From Methanomicrobiales archaeon (lineage in GTDB: Archaea; Halobacteriota; Methanomicrobia; Methanomicrobiales; JACTUA01), in the NCBI GenBank assembly GCA_029907705.1, contig JARYLJ010000004.1:4893-68892 (forward strand): a stretch of 64,000 bases of DNA. Direction: 5' to 3'. The position numbers and the translations under genes were made by a program. This document shows positions 1 to 11,578 of the stretch, one piece after another (the first letter of the stretch is position 1; the number at the start of each line of letters is the position of its first letter). A model generated the notes under the pieces. That model was given only the letters and a program-made list of their open reading frames with translations. It searched no databases and was not told the origin of the DNA.

Positions 1-376
1 AAAATTACCGGATATTGCCCTCCCTCATTTTTTTCACGCCGGTCGAATGCTCACGGTGATCTGCACTCCCCCGCCCCTGCCGCTCCTCTGCCCCCGCATG
101 TGATACGGTATCACGGCAGATCTCCGAAGATGGAGGTTGGACGTCCCTGGTGACACTCGTTATGCAATCACCTGCGTTTATCCGTACGATTGAAATCACG
201 GGTATTCCGGGTGAAGGAATGATGAAAGGGCCCCGATGGAGGGCGAAAAATGGGGTCGGACCAATTATTAACTGAACACTCATATTCCAACCGGGGGTGT
301 GCGGGCGATCCAGAAGTTGTGCCGGGCTCTTCAGGTGCTCGAGGCTGAAAAGCGAATGTGCTCTATAAAACATCGA

Positions 377-1171
377 TCATGCGCACAGGATCTGCCCGTC
401 TTCCACGAGTGTGAAATGCCTTCCCCAGGGCGTTCGCTCCACCATCGATCTGGCTCTTCTGGACAGGATATCGCGATGGCGGGGCATCGCAAGTATGATG
501 AACACCCGGGCGCCGCCCCGGTGGTAGCGCAGCAGACAGGTCTTCACACCCTCGATCCGGTACTCGTGCAATCTGCGGAACAGCGCATCGATCTGCACAG
601 CTGCCGGCACCCTCCTGGAGAGATGGTGATAGAGCACGGCGCTACTGCCCCGGGCACAGAAACGGGCAATCTCTTCCAGAGAGGCGTATTTGACGCTCTC
701 CTTCCGGGAAAGAGGCATCCCCAGCGGCATCAGGCCGTTGTCGGGGTCCAGGTAGACGATATCCGCCCCTCTCGTGGAGGCGAGCGCCCTCTGCACCCAG
801 ATCTCCCTCGATTCAGAGGAGTGCTTCCCAGACTTTCTATTTTCTGGAACTGGCAGTATCTCCTCGAAGTAAGCCGTCCCCTCAGGGAAGAGGCGGGAGT
901 CACGGATGCAGGCGATCGAACGCTCGCTGCATATGGCGATCTCCCGAAGAGAGTCGAAGAGTTCCGGATCGCAGGATCGCAAGCGATGCCCCACATCATA
1001 CAGATACCTGGTCTTCTTCCCATCTTTTGCCGCCTTATCGGCAGAGGCGAGGTACCAGACGATCCCCAGGGAGAGGGTTATGCAATTATCCTTTCCGCTC
1101 GCGCCAGTCAGCATGCGCAGGAGACCGTACTTGCCGAAGTCGCCGATATCGCAGATGAAGCGGTTCTGCAT
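377..1171 (-). CDS. Conserved hypothetical protein, possible Rossmann-fold methyltransferase-like
   Basis: Within ORF 377..1477; protein-like sequence begins at MQNRFICDIGDFGKYGLLR (ATG 1171); contains DIVYLDPDNGL and VLYHH motifs. Upstream 102 codons look non-coding. Confidence 0.6.
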   Translation of the reverse strand: MQNRFICDIGDFGKYGLLRMLTGASGKDNCITLSLGIVWYLASADKAAKDGKKTRYLYDVGHRLRSCDPELFDSLREIAICSERSIACIRDSRLFPEGTAYFEEILPVPENRKSGKHSSESREIWVQRALASTRGADIVYLDPDNGLMPLGMPLSRKESVKYASLEEIARFCARGSSAVLYHHLSRRVPAAVQIDALFRRLHEYRIEGVKTCLLRYHRGGARVFIILAMPRHRDILSRRARSMVERTPWGRHFTLVEDGQILCA

Positions 1172-1614
1172 CTGTGCACTCCCAAACCGGAGTATCGCAT
1201 GGACGGGCAATATTATCATCTCTGCCTCTACTTCCAGAGCTCGATTCACCGATGATTGTGCAAAATTCTTGCCAGGGGAAACCATGCACCACACCTCCAA
1301 CGGGCCCACGCACGAAAATGTTCCGGGAGGCTCATGTTGAAAGATTATACCCTTCGAACCAGGGCAATCCACTCCGCATCCCATCAGGGTATGCGTCGAG
1401 GAGAAATGCAGATCATTCACGAGATGCCCGTGAATCATCGCTGCAGGCTTCCGTCTGCCATACGTCTGGTGCCGCATCCTCGACGGATGGGATACAGGGC
1501 TAATGAAATGTACGTAAAGGAAAAAGGTGCAATCGAATGGCCGGTATCCACGATGAAGGGAATCGTATCCCGTATTGCCTGAATGTGAATGGTTTTTTAG
1601 ACGGATGCCGAGGG

Positions 1615-2511
1615 ATGAGGGTGGATCAAATCCCGACAGGTTCGATCACCCTCCTGCACGATCAGCCCTTCGACCTCGATCTAACACTCGGCTGCGGGCA
1701 GGTCTTCCGGTGGGCAAGGAAGGACGGCTGGTGGGCAGGAGTCGTGGGGGATCGCCTGATCAGGGTGCGGCAGGAAGGACGGCGCATCTTCTTCGAAGGC
1801 GCAGGGAAGAACTTCATCAGGGATTATTTTCAGCTCGACCTCGATCTCGAGGCGATCACCTCTTCATTCGACCGGGACGATGTGATCCACCGGGCAATAG
1901 AGGGATGCAGAGGGCTCCGTATCGTCCGGCAGCCTGCATGGGAGTGCACCATCTCCTTCATTTGTGCGACCTGCTCGAGCATTCCGATGATAAAGCGGAG
2001 GATCGAGATGATCTGCCAGAAGATGGGAGAGAGGCTGAGCGGTCCAGCCAGCGATTATTATCGTTTTCCTTCGCCCGAAGACCTCGCGGTGACGGATCCG
2101 GCGATCCTGAAAGAGTGCAGGGCCGGGTATCGCGGGGAATACATCAGGCAAGCGGCGGCTCGGATCTCCACGGATGGAGGATGGGAAGAACGCATCCACT
2201 CCCTTTCATATCCGGAGGCGAGAGAGGAGCTGATGACGCTCCCCGGTGTGGGAAAGAAGGCAGCAGACTGCATCCTGCTCTTCGCATTCGGCCGCTACGA
2301 GGCATTTCCCGTGGATGTGTGGATACAGAGGATCATGCAGGCGAATTATCCGGAGGCGATGGAGGGGAGGGGAGATCCCTGCAGCAGAATCGGACGCTTC
2401 GCAAGGCATTACTTCGGCCCCTACGCAGGCTATGCACAGGAGTACCTGTACGCCTCACGGTTTACGTTCCTGTCTCCCAGCCGGAGAGATAAGCGCGCTG
2501 GGCCTCTGTGA
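1615..2511 (+). CDS. 8-oxoguanine DNA glycosylase (Ogg1-like, HhH-GPD family)
   Basis: [14 protein letters not shown]-terminal motif, [17 protein letters not shown], Hh[12 protein letters not shown] and FPVDVW, C-terminal YAGYAQEYL. Start moved to ATG 1615. Confidence 0.9.
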   Translation: MRVDQIPTGSITLLHDQPFDLDLTLGCGQVFRWARKDGWWAGVVGDRLIRVRQEGRRIFFEGAGKNFIRDYFQLDLDLEAITSSFDRDDVIHRAIEGCRGLRIVRQPAWECTISFICATCSSIPMIKRRIEMICQKMGERLSGPASDYYRFPSPEDLAVTDPAILKECRAGYRGEYIRQAAARISTDGGWEERIHSLSYPEAREELMTLPGVGKKAADCILLFAFGRYEAFPVDVWIQRIMQANYPEAMEGRGDPCSRIGRFARHYFGPYAGYAQEYLYASRFTFLSPSRRDKRAGPL

Positions 2512-3706
2512 GCCGGTCGATCTCCAGTCCCATAGAAGCCAGCTTGAGTTGCGCCACCCGTTCGTCGATCTCGGACGGGACGTCATGGACGCCGGGGGAG
2601 AGCGCACCGCCATGGCGCGCAAGGTACGAGGCACTCAGTCCCTGAAGTGCGAAGCTGAGATCCATCACCTCGATCGGATGGCCCATCCCCTTCGGCGTAG
2701 CGAGGTTCACCAGCCGCCCCTCCGCGAGGAGATGGATCAGGCGATCCCCGACTCGGAAGGTGGAGATGCCATCACGCTCCTCGATCAGCTTCGTATGCGT
2801 CTGCAGCCACTTCACATCGATCTCGACGTTGAAGTGCCCTGCGTTCGCGAGCAGCGCGCCGTCCTTCATCAGGGGGAAGTGCCGGGCAGTGATCACATCC
2901 CTGTTTCCGGTCGTCGTAATGAAGATCTCACCGTGGACGGCGGCCTCTTCCATCGGCATCACCTCGAATCCGTCCATGTGCGCCTCGAGTGCCCTCCTCG
3001 GGTCCACCTCGGTCACGGTCACGCGGGCGCCCAGTGCACGGGCTTTTCTCGCCACCCCCCTACCGCAGAAGCCATACCCGGCGACCACCAGCCTCCTGCC
3101 TGCGAGGAGGAGATTTGTCGTCGTCATGATCGCGGTCAGCGTGCTCTCGCCCGTACCGTGGACATTGTCGAAGTAGCGTTTCATAGGGGTGTCGTTCACG
3201 GCGATGACCGGGATCTCGAGTCTGCCATCCGCTGCCATGGAGCGGAGCCTGTGAATGCCCGTGGTGGTCTCCTCGCAGCCTCCGATCACCCCGTCGAGCG
3301 CATCCCTTCGTGCAGTATGCATCCTCTGGATGAGATCCATGCCGTCGTCGATCGTGATCGCCGGTTTTGCATCCAGCACACGATCGATGGCCGCATAGTA
3401 CTCCTGCACCGACGCACCTCTCTTCGCATAGCATGCGATGCCCTCCCGCGTGTTCAGGGCGGCGGCCACGTCGTCCTGCGTGGAGAGCGGGTTGCAGCCC
3501 GTGATATGCACCTCTGCGCCTGCAGCACGCAGCGTCTCCACCAGAACCGCGGTCTTCGCCTCCACGTGAAGCGCCATGCCCACCACCATGCCAAGGAGCG
3601 GGTGCTCCCTTTCGAATTCCTTCCTTATCGACATGAGGACTGGCATATACTGCCGCGCCCATGCGATCTTACGATCGCCGCTTCCAGTCAGTTCATTCTC
3701 CTTCAT
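2462..3706 (-). CDS. ahcY: Adenosylhomocysteinase
   Basis: [56 protein letters not shown] motifs. Confidence 0.97.
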   Translation of the reverse strand: MKENELTGSGDRKIAWARQYMPVLMSIRKEFEREHPLLGMVVGMALHVEAKTAVLVETLRAAGAEVHITGCNPLSTQDDVAAALNTREGIACYAKRGASVQEYYAAIDRVLDAKPAITIDDGMDLIQRMHTARRDALDGVIGGCEETTTGIHRLRSMAADGRLEIPVIAVNDTPMKRYFDNVHGTGESTLTAIMTTTNLLLAGRRLVVAGYGFCGRGVARKARALGARVTVTEVDPRRALEAHMDGFEVMPMEEAAVHGEIFITTTGNRDVITARHFPLMKDGALLANAGHFNVEIDVKWLQTHTKLIEERDGISTFRVGDRLIHLLAEGRLVNLATPKGMGHPIEVMDLSFALQGLSASYLARHGGALSPGVHDVPSEIDERVAQLKLASMGLEIDRLTEAQRAYLSGWETGT

Positions 3707-3793
3707 TCGGCCCCTACGTCTCCTTTCCTCGATCGTTATGCCTGTCGTTGCTCTTCACAAGTCTATTATTGAATCATCCGCGATTATTACTGC

Positions 3794-4600
3794 ATGGTAC
3801 TCACGCGAAGGATCATTCCCTGCCTGGACCTCAAGGACGGCAGGGTGGTGAAGGGGAAGCACTTCGAGGAGCTGCGGGATGCCGGCGATCCGGTCGCACT
3901 GGCGCAGCGTTACAACGAACAGGGTGCAGACGAGGTGGTGTTTCTCGACATCACCGCCTCGAAGGAGAAGCGGGGCATCATCATCGATCTCATCAGAAGG
4001 GCGGCCGATGAGCTCTTCCTGCCCCTTACGGTGGGAGGGGGGATCAGGAACCTCGAGGATATCCAGCAGATACTCCGTGCGGGGGCTGACAAGGTGAGCA
4101 TCAATACGAGTGCGGTGAACGATCCCTCGCTCGTCCACAGAAGTGCCGGGCGATTCGGGACCCAGTGCATCGTCGTCGCCGTGGATGTGAAGCGCAACTA
4201 CACGATGAAAGACGGGGCGACGCCGATCGGGCTGAAAGACGGCCGGACGTGCTGGTACGAGGTGGTCACGTACGGGGGCAGCCGGACCACAGGCATCGAT
4301 GCCATCGAGTGGGTGAAGAGGGTGGAGGAACTCGGTGCAGGGGAGATCCTGCTCACCAGCATGGAGACGGATGGCACGAAGGACGGTTACGATCTGCCGG
4401 TGACGAGGGCAGTTGCTGAGGCGGTGGGTATACCTGTCATCGCATCGGGGGGTGTGGGCGCGCTCGAGCATTTCTACGAGGGTTTCGTGGAAGGGAAGGC
4501 GGATGCATGCCTGGCGGCGAGTGTCTTCCACTATGGTGAACTCACCATAGGCCGGGTGAAGGAGTACCTCGCCTCCCGGGGAATCCCGGTACGGCTCTGA
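3794..4600 (+). CDS. hisF: Imidazole glycerol phosphate synthase cyclase subunit
   Basis: [49 protein letters not shown]. Confidence 0.97.
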   Translation: MVLTRRIIPCLDLKDGRVVKGKHFEELRDAGDPVALAQRYNEQGADEVVFLDITASKEKRGIIIDLIRRAADELFLPLTVGGGIRNLEDIQQILRAGADKVSINTSAVNDPSLVHRSAGRFGTQCIVVAVDVKRNYTMKDGATPIGLKDGRTCWYEVVTYGGSRTTGIDAIEWVKRVEELGAGEILLTSMETDGTKDGYDLPVTRAVAEAVGIPVIASGGVGALEHFYEGFVEGKADACLAASVFHYGELTIGRVKEYLASRGIPVRL

Positions 4601-6194
4601 GGTCCAGCTCGAATCCCGCCGTGGGCTGTTCGAGTCCGAATGCATTCAGCACCGCAGGGTGGATCTCTCCGAATACGCCCCTCTCCTCTCCGCCGATGAT
4701 CAGATCCCCTCTCCTCCCCCCGAGAAAGGCATTGTCGGACGACTCGATCGTCCGGTAGGGGAGCCCGAGCTCCCTGCAGAGCGCATCGACCGTGGCGAAT
4801 ATCTCGCTGAAGTTCGCATCCCTGTGCATGCTCACACCCGCGACCGTCTGGTGGGTGCGATCGCCCTTCACCACATCTCCGGTGGCGAAGATGCGCTGGG
4901 GCAGCTGTCTGTGGAGGTTCAGGGTGAGCGCCTCCATGAGCAGAGGCAGCAGATCGGTCCGAACGACGGTCTGCTCCTCGCTGATGGGATGCATGAGCCG
5001 CAGCACATCCGGATTCGTTTCACGTCCCATCTTTCGATATAACACCCTCTCGTTCGTCAGGGTGAAGGGAACCATCTCATGGTAGCCGAGACCGGCCATG
5101 ATCTCACGCACCGAGCTTTCCAGTTCCATCACCGCATGGGGCCTTCCGGTCGTGCAGGTGGGAGGCAAGACGGGAGCCATATGGTCGTAACCGAATCCGA
5201 TCGCCACATCCTCGAAGAGGTCCCAGTCATGCATGATATCGGCCCTGTAACAGGGGATTTGTACAGTGATCCTGTCCTCCTCCGGGAATGCGTCGTACCT
5301 CATCGCATGCAGGCAATCAGCCATCTCCTCTGGCGTAAGCTCGATGCCCAGGAGTCCGCTGCACTCCTTCACCGAGACGGATCTCCGATCGGGTTCGAGG
5401 GAGGGGACCTCCTCATCCCCGATGGTCACGCTCTCGATCCTCGCCCCCGTCTCGACGAAGGCAGTGCATATGATGTTCACGGCGGTCATCACCGCTCTCC
5501 GGTCCGTTCCCGTTGTATCGAGCAGAACATTCCTGGTATCTGTCGTCACCCTGGTGAGTTCGCCGTTGATGATCGGCGGGAATGAGAGGACATTATCTCT
5601 GGAATCGACGATGAGTGGGTATTTCGGGAACGGTCTCACCAGGTGCGCGTACTCGATCCCCTTCGGATGCCTCCTGAGCATCTCATCCATAGTCATCTCC
5701 TCTGAAAAGTCGAGGGGGATGAACGAGCGTTCGGGTTCGGAGGCGATATACCTGAATGGCGGGATGACGCGATCGAGGTCGTGAATACCGATCGCCACCT
5801 TCCGTCTCCCCCTCCCCACCGCCCAGTGGAGCGCCTCCTGCAGCCCCATCAGGCTTGCGATCGAGTCCTCGTCGAAACTCACTTCTCTGATGATGGCAGA
5901 ACCGAGGTACGGTCTGATCTCTCTCAGGCCCGGATCGATGGTGAACCGGATTCCCGAGCGCCCGACCCGGTAACGGGGCATACCCGTTTCGATGCCCAGG
6001 AAACCTCTGAGCGCCCTCGCAACCCCCTCGGTGCAGTATAGATCCGGACGGTTCGCGAAGAACTCGACCGCGGCCTCATCCCCCTCGATCCTCTCGATAT
6101 CGGCACCAAACATTGGAATTCTTTCGAGGATCCTCTCCCGCCCCGTCCCGACAAGCCTCTCCAGATAGGTAAGAGGCAGTGTGATGACCGGCAT
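4542..6194 (-). CDS. pheT: Phenylalanine-tRNA ligase beta subunit
   Basis: [45 protein letters not shown]; follows pheS. Confidence 0.96.
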   Translation of the reverse strand: MPVITLPLTYLERLVGTGRERILERIPMFGADIERIEGDEAAVEFFANRPDLYCTEGVARALRGFLGIETGMPRYRVGRSGIRFTIDPGLREIRPYLGSAIIREVSFDEDSIASLMGLQEALHWAVGRGRRKVAIGIHDLDRVIPPFRYIASEPERSFIPLDFSEEMTMDEMLRRHPKGIEYAHLVRPFPKYPLIVDSRDNVLSFPPIINGELTRVTTDTRNVLLDTTGTDRRAVMTAVNIICTAFVETGARIESVTIGDEEVPSLEPDRRSVSVKECSGLLGIELTPEEMADCLHAMRYDAFPEEDRITVQIPCYRADIMHDWDLFEDVAIGFGYDHMAPVLPPTCTTGRPHAVMELESSVREIMAGLGYHEMVPFTLTNERVLYRKMGRETNPDVLRLMHPISEEQTVVRTDLLPLLMEALTLNLHRQLPQRIFATGDVVKGDRTHQTVAGVSMHRDANFSEIFATVDALCRELGLPYRTIESSDNAFLGGRRGDLIIGGEERGVFGEIHPAVLNAFGLEQPTAGFELDLRAVPGFPGRRGTPSPGLW

Positions 6195-6198
6195 CCTC

Positions 6199-7644
6199 TC
6201 AGGCCCCCCGTTCCTTCGTCATACTCATGTATATCGGACTTTCGCGAACCCAGTCCACATCGCTCCTGTACAGCTGGCGCAGGTCCTTCAAGCCCAGCCT
6301 GATCATCGCCACCCTCGAGACGCCCAGGCCCCATGCAAGCACCGGCTCCATTATCCCGAACGGCCGGGTGACCTCCTCGCGGAAGACTCCTGCGCCACCC
6401 AGCTCCACCCATCCCAGACCTTCGACCCAGACCTCCGGCTCGACACTCGGTTCCGTATAGGGGAAATAACCGGGCCTGAATCGGATATCCTCGAAACCCA
6501 TGCGTGCATAGAACTCCTTCAGAATACCGAGCAGGTGCCTGAATGTGACGCCTCTGTCCATCACCACGCCCTCCAGCTGCTCGAATTCTGGCAGATGCGT
6601 CGGGTCGATCGCCTCTCGCCTGTAGACCCGGCCGATGCAGAACGCCTTCACAGGTGGTTGCGGGTGTCTGGCGAGGTGCTGGATGGTGAGCGTGGTCGTA
6701 TGAGTCCGTAGGACGCACTGCTCCGACCTCTTCGGATCCCATCTCCCGCCCCATCCGGTCGAGGAGGTGGCACCCCCGGTCTCGTGCGTCTCCCTCACCG
6801 CCTCCCATCCGGGCGGGAGGGGGCGATACAGATCAAGGTAAAAGGTATCCTGCATCTCCCTGGCAGGATGATCCTGTGGCTGGAAGAGCGCATCGAAGTT
6901 CCAGAAGGACGTCTGGACGATGTCGCCGTATATCTCCTCGAATCCCATCTGGAGGAGGATCTGCCTCATCTCCTCCAGCAGCCTCTGATAGGGGTGGCTC
7001 TTGCCCGGAAAGACCCTCTTTGGGATCTTCTCCACGCTGAAACGCCGGAACTTCACATCCCGCCACCTGCCTGTGACGATCAGATCGCGGGTGAGCGTCT
7101 CCACCTCCTCCGAGAGATCCAGCCCCTCTGCCAGCCGTTTCCTGCCCTCCTCCGTGATCGAGATCCGGTATCTCGTCTCTCTGTCGACGGTGGCAAGACC
7201 TCTCCTGGCGAGCTCCCTGGCCCCCTCGCCACCCTGTGCAACGTCCTTCAGGGCGAGCTCGTCCATGCCGGCAGGCGCCATGCCCGTCTTCTCCACGATG
7301 CCATTTCTGATCCTGATCCAGCCCTTCTTCCGCATCCAGCCGATGGCGATGCTCGAGAGCGGGTGAGCGGTGAGCAATCTCAGCTCTGTCCTCTCCCCGA
7401 AGCTCTCCAGCAGCTGTCTCTCCGGAAGACCTTCGGCTGCGTATCTCTCACCCTCCGGCGTGAGGCGGTATCGCTCCACCACTGTTGTTTGGAGATCCAC
7501 GAGCCCCTTCTCCTGCAGCAGCAGGGCATGCTGGATCACCGCATCTTCCCCGCCGGATAGCGCGCGCGCTGTCTCTTCCGGGGTCGCCTCGCCCCTCTCT
7601 CCCAGAAATGCGAGGAGCCGCTTCTCGTTCTGCGTCAGTTCCAT
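6199..7644 (-). CDS. pheS: Phenylalanine-tRNA ligase alpha subunit
   Basis: [41 protein letters not shown]. Confidence 0.97.
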   Translation of the reverse strand: MELTQNEKRLLAFLGERGEATPEETARALSGGEDAVIQHALLLQEKGLVDLQTTVVERYRLTPEGERYAAEGLPERQLLESFGERTELRLLTAHPLSSIAIGWMRKKGWIRIRNGIVEKTGMAPAGMDELALKDVAQGGEGARELARRGLATVDRETRYRISITEEGRKRLAEGLDLSEEVETLTRDLIVTGRWRDVKFRRFSVEKIPKRVFPGKSHPYQRLLEEMRQILLQMGFEEIYGDIVQTSFWNFDALFQPQDHPAREMQDTFYLDLYRPLPPGWEAVRETHETGGATSSTGWGGRWDPKRSEQCVLRTHTTTLTIQHLARHPQPPVKAFCIGRVYRREAIDPTHLPEFEQLEGVVMDRGVTFRHLLGILKEFYARMGFEDIRFRPGYFPYTEPSVEPEVWVEGLGWVELGGAGVFREEVTRPFGIMEPVLAWGLGVSRVAMIRLGLKDLRQLYRSDVDWVRESPIYMSMTKERGA

Positions 7645-7647
7645 CCC

Positions 7648-8916
7648 TCATCCCTCCACCATATGTGAGACCATATCCATGCGCTCCCTGAAATCGTGCA
7701 GGAACCCGGTCACACGCTCCACCGTATGCTTCTTGCAGGTGCCGCACATCAGTTTGCCCTGAAGGCAGGCCCTTCTCAGCTCATCGAGCTCGCGATCGTC
7801 ATCGATCAGGTGGAAGAGATTCAGGAGGAAGATGGGGCAGCGGTCAGGCTCTCCACCCAGTCTCCGCTGCTCTTCGAGCGTCGCCCTTCCGCCGGTCAGT
7901 GCATTCATGACCTTTTTCTTCACCGATTCGTCCTCCTCCTGGAATCCGAAGAGACTCTCGGGGATGCTGCTCGACATCTTCCCGCCCTGCAGCCCCGGCA
8001 TGAATATATGATAGGTGGATGAGGGCGTGACGAACCCGAACCCACCGAATGCTCTCTCGATCGCACGCACCCTCTTCGAGACCAGATCAAGGCTCCCGTC
8101 CTGGATATCCACATGGCCCTCGTACCGCTTCGAGTGCGGGAAGGCACTGTGCACTGCCAGCAACGCCTCCTCCGGAGCATTCTTTGACCTCACGCTCACC
8201 AGATCCCCCCGTCTCTCGACGGTGAACATCAGGAGCTTGTGCGCCACATCGCGGGTGAGCCGGATATGGGGATCCTGATCGATACCCACGGGGACGAGGG
8301 TGGGCGCGGGCCCCGCATCCACCTGTGGATAGAGGATGTCCGCCACCTGCGTGATGACGCTCATCGGATGCGAGAGTGATGTCTCGGGGCCGAAGCCGTA
8401 TATCGCATGGAGCTCGGAGAGGTTCACCTTCGTGGACGCCTCGAACGCGAGATCCTTCACCGCCTCGTTTCTGCTCTGGAAGTAGGTTTTTCCTGAAAAT
8501 CCAAGGGCATAGAGGCATCTGAGGTACTCCCTCGCGTATCTGCGGCAATCCTCCCACGAAAGCCCCCTCACTGCATGCGCCTCCCTGTCGGCGATGGCGA
8601 TATAGCCGTTCCCGCCATGATTCGTGTGCCATACCACCTCCTTCATCACCATCAGGTGGCCGAGATGAGGCATGCCGGAGGGCATGAACCCTGTGAGGAT
8701 ATGGAAGGGATCGCCTCTTCTCATCGCCTCCACCACGAGACCGTAATCGCGGTGACCGATGACCACGCGCCTCCTGATGAAGGGCGGGACCTCGGGGAGG
8801 TCTCCGATTACGTTCTCTATCGGTTCGATGCCAAAATCTGAAAATATCTTCTCGTAACTGAATACCTGGTTGCTTCCCCAGGGATCGAGGCGCCCTCTGG
8901 AATCATCCGATCTCAC
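7648..8916 (-). CDS. trpS: Tryptophan-tRNA ligase
   Basis: TGFMPSG.PHLGH (HIGH), PVGIDQDPH, KMSSS, C-terminal CGTCK. Confidence 0.96.
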   Translation of the reverse strand: MRSDDSRGRLDPWGSNQVFSYEKIFSDFGIEPIENVIGDLPEVPPFIRRRVVIGHRDYGLVVEAMRRGDPFHILTGFMPSGMPHLGHLMVMKEVVWHTNHGGNGYIAIADREAHAVRGLSWEDCRRYAREYLRCLYALGFSGKTYFQSRNEAVKDLAFEASTKVNLSELHAIYGFGPETSLSHPMSVITQVADILYPQVDAGPAPTLVPVGIDQDPHIRLTRDVAHKLLMFTVERRGDLVSVRSKNAPEEALLAVHSAFPHSKRYEGHVDIQDGSLDLVSKRVRAIERAFGGFGFVTPSSTYHIFMPGLQGGKMSSSIPESLFGFQEEDESVKKKVMNALTGGRATLEEQRRLGGEPDRCPIFLLNLFHLIDDDRELDELRRACLQGKLMCGTCKKHTVERVTGFLHDFRERMDMVSHMVEG

Positions 8917-9917
8917 AGCTTGATTCTCCCGAATTCGATGTATCTGATGCGTTCAGGATATACGCAGGCAAAGAGCATCTTCTTTTTCACACTGTGCGCG
9001 AGCCGGACAGATCTCGCGATCAGGCTCATCGGCGGGCGCGCATCCATTCCGAAGGCGTGGACGAGCATCTCCGAATGGCTTTTTCCACCGAGATACACCC
9101 TGAAGTGATGCCCGAACTTGTAGCCGGTCTTGGGGATGCAGCCTCTCCGGCGAAGGTCGGTATACACACTCAGCTTTGCGGGAAATTCCGGATCTTCTGC
9201 AGAGGAGCGTTCCTGAAAAGACGCCTGCGCATCCGTCCCATCCTTCTGCACCAGACGGCACACTCCCGCATTCGCGAGGTGGCATCCCTCCACCGCCGAG
9301 AGGAGGAGGCGATCCGGGTCCATTCTCATCCCGTACCACTGCCCCTCCAGCGCTGCCGGGGGATCGTGGACGATCGCCATGTGGCCCGCGACTCTGCACT
9401 CGAACGCAGGCAGCAGAACCCCCTCTTCACCGGCGGGAGGGTCCTTCACCCGCACCTCGTAGTAGGTGAGCTCCCCTTCGTCGTCGACCACTGCCAGCAC
9501 ATACTGCTTTCTCATGTTCGAAGAGGCGGAGACCTCCTGTTCCAGATGGAGCAGCTCTATCTGATCCCGCTCCGAGAGGACGCGGACGAGGTAACGCGAC
9601 TCCCCTCTGCCCGGGCGGTCCCCCCTTCGATACACCCGAAGATCGTGCGGCCCTGTCTGGACCGCATAGCCCCTCTCCCTGAGGTCGCGATAGACGAGGA
9701 ACACCCTGAGAAATCTCCGGTCCGAGGAGAAACGCTGGAGCAGTTCGTCGAATGTACACTCCTCCAGCTCGATCTTCCGGCGCTGGACGAGATACAGTGC
9801 CTCTTCTGGCGCAAGCCGTAAACCCCCTTTTTCGGGCCTGCCGTATCCACCCTGCTCGTGGAGCGGCATACCCTCAGGCCCCAGATGGACCGTATCCCCG
9901 ACGAGCTTCGCCCTCAC
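8913..9917 (-). CDS. endA: tRNA-splicing (intron) endonuclease, two-repeat type
   Basis: Two repeats (VYRDLRERGY / VYTDLRRRG), KTGYKFGHHFRVY, HSE, RLAHSVKK. Confidence 0.92.
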   Translation of the reverse strand: MRAKLVGDTVHLGPEGMPLHEQGGYGRPEKGGLRLAPEEALYLVQRRKIELEECTFDELLQRFSSDRRFLRVFLVYRDLRERGYAVQTGPHDLRVYRRGDRPGRGESRYLVRVLSERDQIELLHLEQEVSASSNMRKQYVLAVVDDEGELTYYEVRVKDPPAGEEGVLLPAFECRVAGHMAIVHDPPAALEGQWYGMRMDPDRLLLSAVEGCHLANAGVCRLVQKDGTDAQASFQERSSAEDPEFPAKLSVYTDLRRRGCIPKTGYKFGHHFRVYLGGKSHSEMLVHAFGMDARPPMSLIARSVRLAHSVKKKMLFACVYPERIRYIEFGRIKL

Positions 9918-10306
9918 ACCTCACACGTACGCGATCTCCTGTAATAAACCACCATTATCTGATGAGAGAGGAGAACTCTATGCCCCCTCCTCACCGTTGC
10001 CGCGCCGTTCAGGGGATCAGGATCAGGCCATCGGTTGCTCCCATGCGTGATCCGGAGTCATACCATCATCATTGCAGTGTCCCCACGAATCCTTCCGCCA
10101 TTCTCTCTCGATTCGGATGACCGGAGCAAGATTACCGCGAGCGCTGCAGGGGGCGCCGTCCAACCCGGCACTTTCCATTCGGGCTCCGATTGGATTTCCC
10201 GTGCTGCTTCTCTGCGGAATGCCGGCACTGCCATCCCCGCTTCAGGTGGCAACGATTAATTATCATGGCGTACATGAACCACAGGTAGGATCAGGTGGGT
10301 GGAAGT

Positions 10307-11566
10307 GTGAACGGTACCCTGCTCGAACGGGCAAGATCGGGCGCGGGAGACGAGGCGATACGAGCCGTTGCGAGGAGCGAGGGGGTGCGGCCGGAGCTGC
10401 TTCGAAAGCAGGTCGCGTCCGGGCGTGCGGTCATCGTGCAGCGCGAGGGAAAGAGGCCAGTCGGAATCGGAGAAGGACTGAGAACTAAAATCAATGCCAA
10501 CATCGGGACCTCCACGGCATCGATCGATCCCGAAGAGGAGGTGAGGAAGGCGAACATCGCAGAGGAGTTGGGCGCGGACACCATCACCGACCTCTCCATG
10601 GGCGGCCCCATCGACGAGATCCGTGCCATGATACTGGAGGCGACCGGTATTCCGCTGACGACTGTTCCCATGTACCAGGCGGTCGTGGAGGCAGGCTCCA
10701 TCAAAAATGTGACCGTTGATCGCCTCATCGGGACGGTTCGAAGGCATGTCCGGGAGGGGATATCTCTCGTCGTGGTCCATGCCGGCTTCACGCTCGGAAT
10801 GCTCCGGGAGCTCGCCTCCGCAGGAAGGGTGATGGGCATGGTCTCCAGAGGTGGCTGTTTCACCGCCGCATGGATGCTGCTGCACAGGAAGGAAAACCCG
10901 TTTATCTCCAGGTTCGATGATATCTGCGAAATTCTGGCAGATAATGACGCAGTGCTATCCCTGGGGAACCCGATGAGGAGCGGCTGCATTCACGATTCCA
11001 TGGATCGGCCGCAGGAGGGGGAGATCGCACTGAATGCAGCGCTTGCCAGGAGAGCGAACGATCACGGCGTACAGGTGATCGTCGAGGGGGCGGGCGGCCA
11101 TGTGCATCCAGCACGGATTCCGGAATATATCGCACATTACAAGCAGAAGACGGATGGGAGGCCCCTGTTCGTCGCCGGTCCCCTTCCCACAGACATCAGC
11201 GCGGGGTACGACCACATCGCAGCCTGCGTGGGGGGTGCGCTCGCCGCCGGAGCGGGTGCCGATTATCTCTGTTATATCACACCTTCGGAACACCTCGCTC
11301 TCCCGAATGCGAAGCAGGTGAGGGAAGGTGTGGTGGCATGCAGGATTGCCGCCCATATCGGGGACACCATGAAGTACGGGCTCAGGGAAGGGGACCGGAT
11401 GATGGCGGTGCAGAGGAGGGCGAGGAACTGGGAGGAGCAGTTCAGGCTCGCGATCGACGGGGGGAGGGCGAGAGAGATACACCGGCAGGACAACACGCCG
11501 GGGTGCTCCATGTGCGGGAATTACTGCGCACTCGAGATCATGGAGAGGTTCGTGCACGAATTTTGA
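10307..11566 (+). CDS. ThiC/Bza-family radical SAM enzyme (phosphomethylpyrimidine synthase or 5-hydroxybenzimidazole synthase paralog)
   Basis: TKINANIGTS, GADTITDLS, TVPMYQA, SRGG, GYDHI, YITPSEHL, C-terminal CSMCGNYC. Start GTG 10307 after aggtgg (alternative 10295). Confidence 0.85.
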   Translation: MNGTLLERARSGAGDEAIRAVARSEGVRPELLRKQVASGRAVIVQREGKRPVGIGEGLRTKINANIGTSTASIDPEEEVRKANIAEELGADTITDLSMGGPIDEIRAMILEATGIPLTTVPMYQAVVEAGSIKNVTVDRLIGTVRRHVREGISLVVVHAGFTLGMLRELASAGRVMGMVSRGGCFTAAWMLLHRKENPFISRFDDICEILADNDAVLSLGNPMRSGCIHDSMDRPQEGEIALNAALARRANDHGVQVIVEGAGGHVHPARIPEYIAHYKQKTDGRPLFVAGPLPTDISAGYDHIAACVGGALAAGAGADYLCYITPSEHLALPNAKQVREGVVACRIAAHIGDTMKYGLREGDRMMAVQRRARNWEEQFRLAIDGGRAREIHRQDNTPGCSMCGNYCALEIMERFVHEF

Positions 11567-11578
11567 ACTGCGGAGACC

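Noticed and set aside
5-373. 122-aa minus-strand ORF
   Set aside because: No recognisable motif and atypical composition; cannot be supported as a gene.
9918-10306. Possible TPP or cobalamin riboswitch, or tRNA, upstream of the ThiC-like gene
   Set aside because: No conserved riboswitch core or cloverleaf found by eye; only short generic hairpins.
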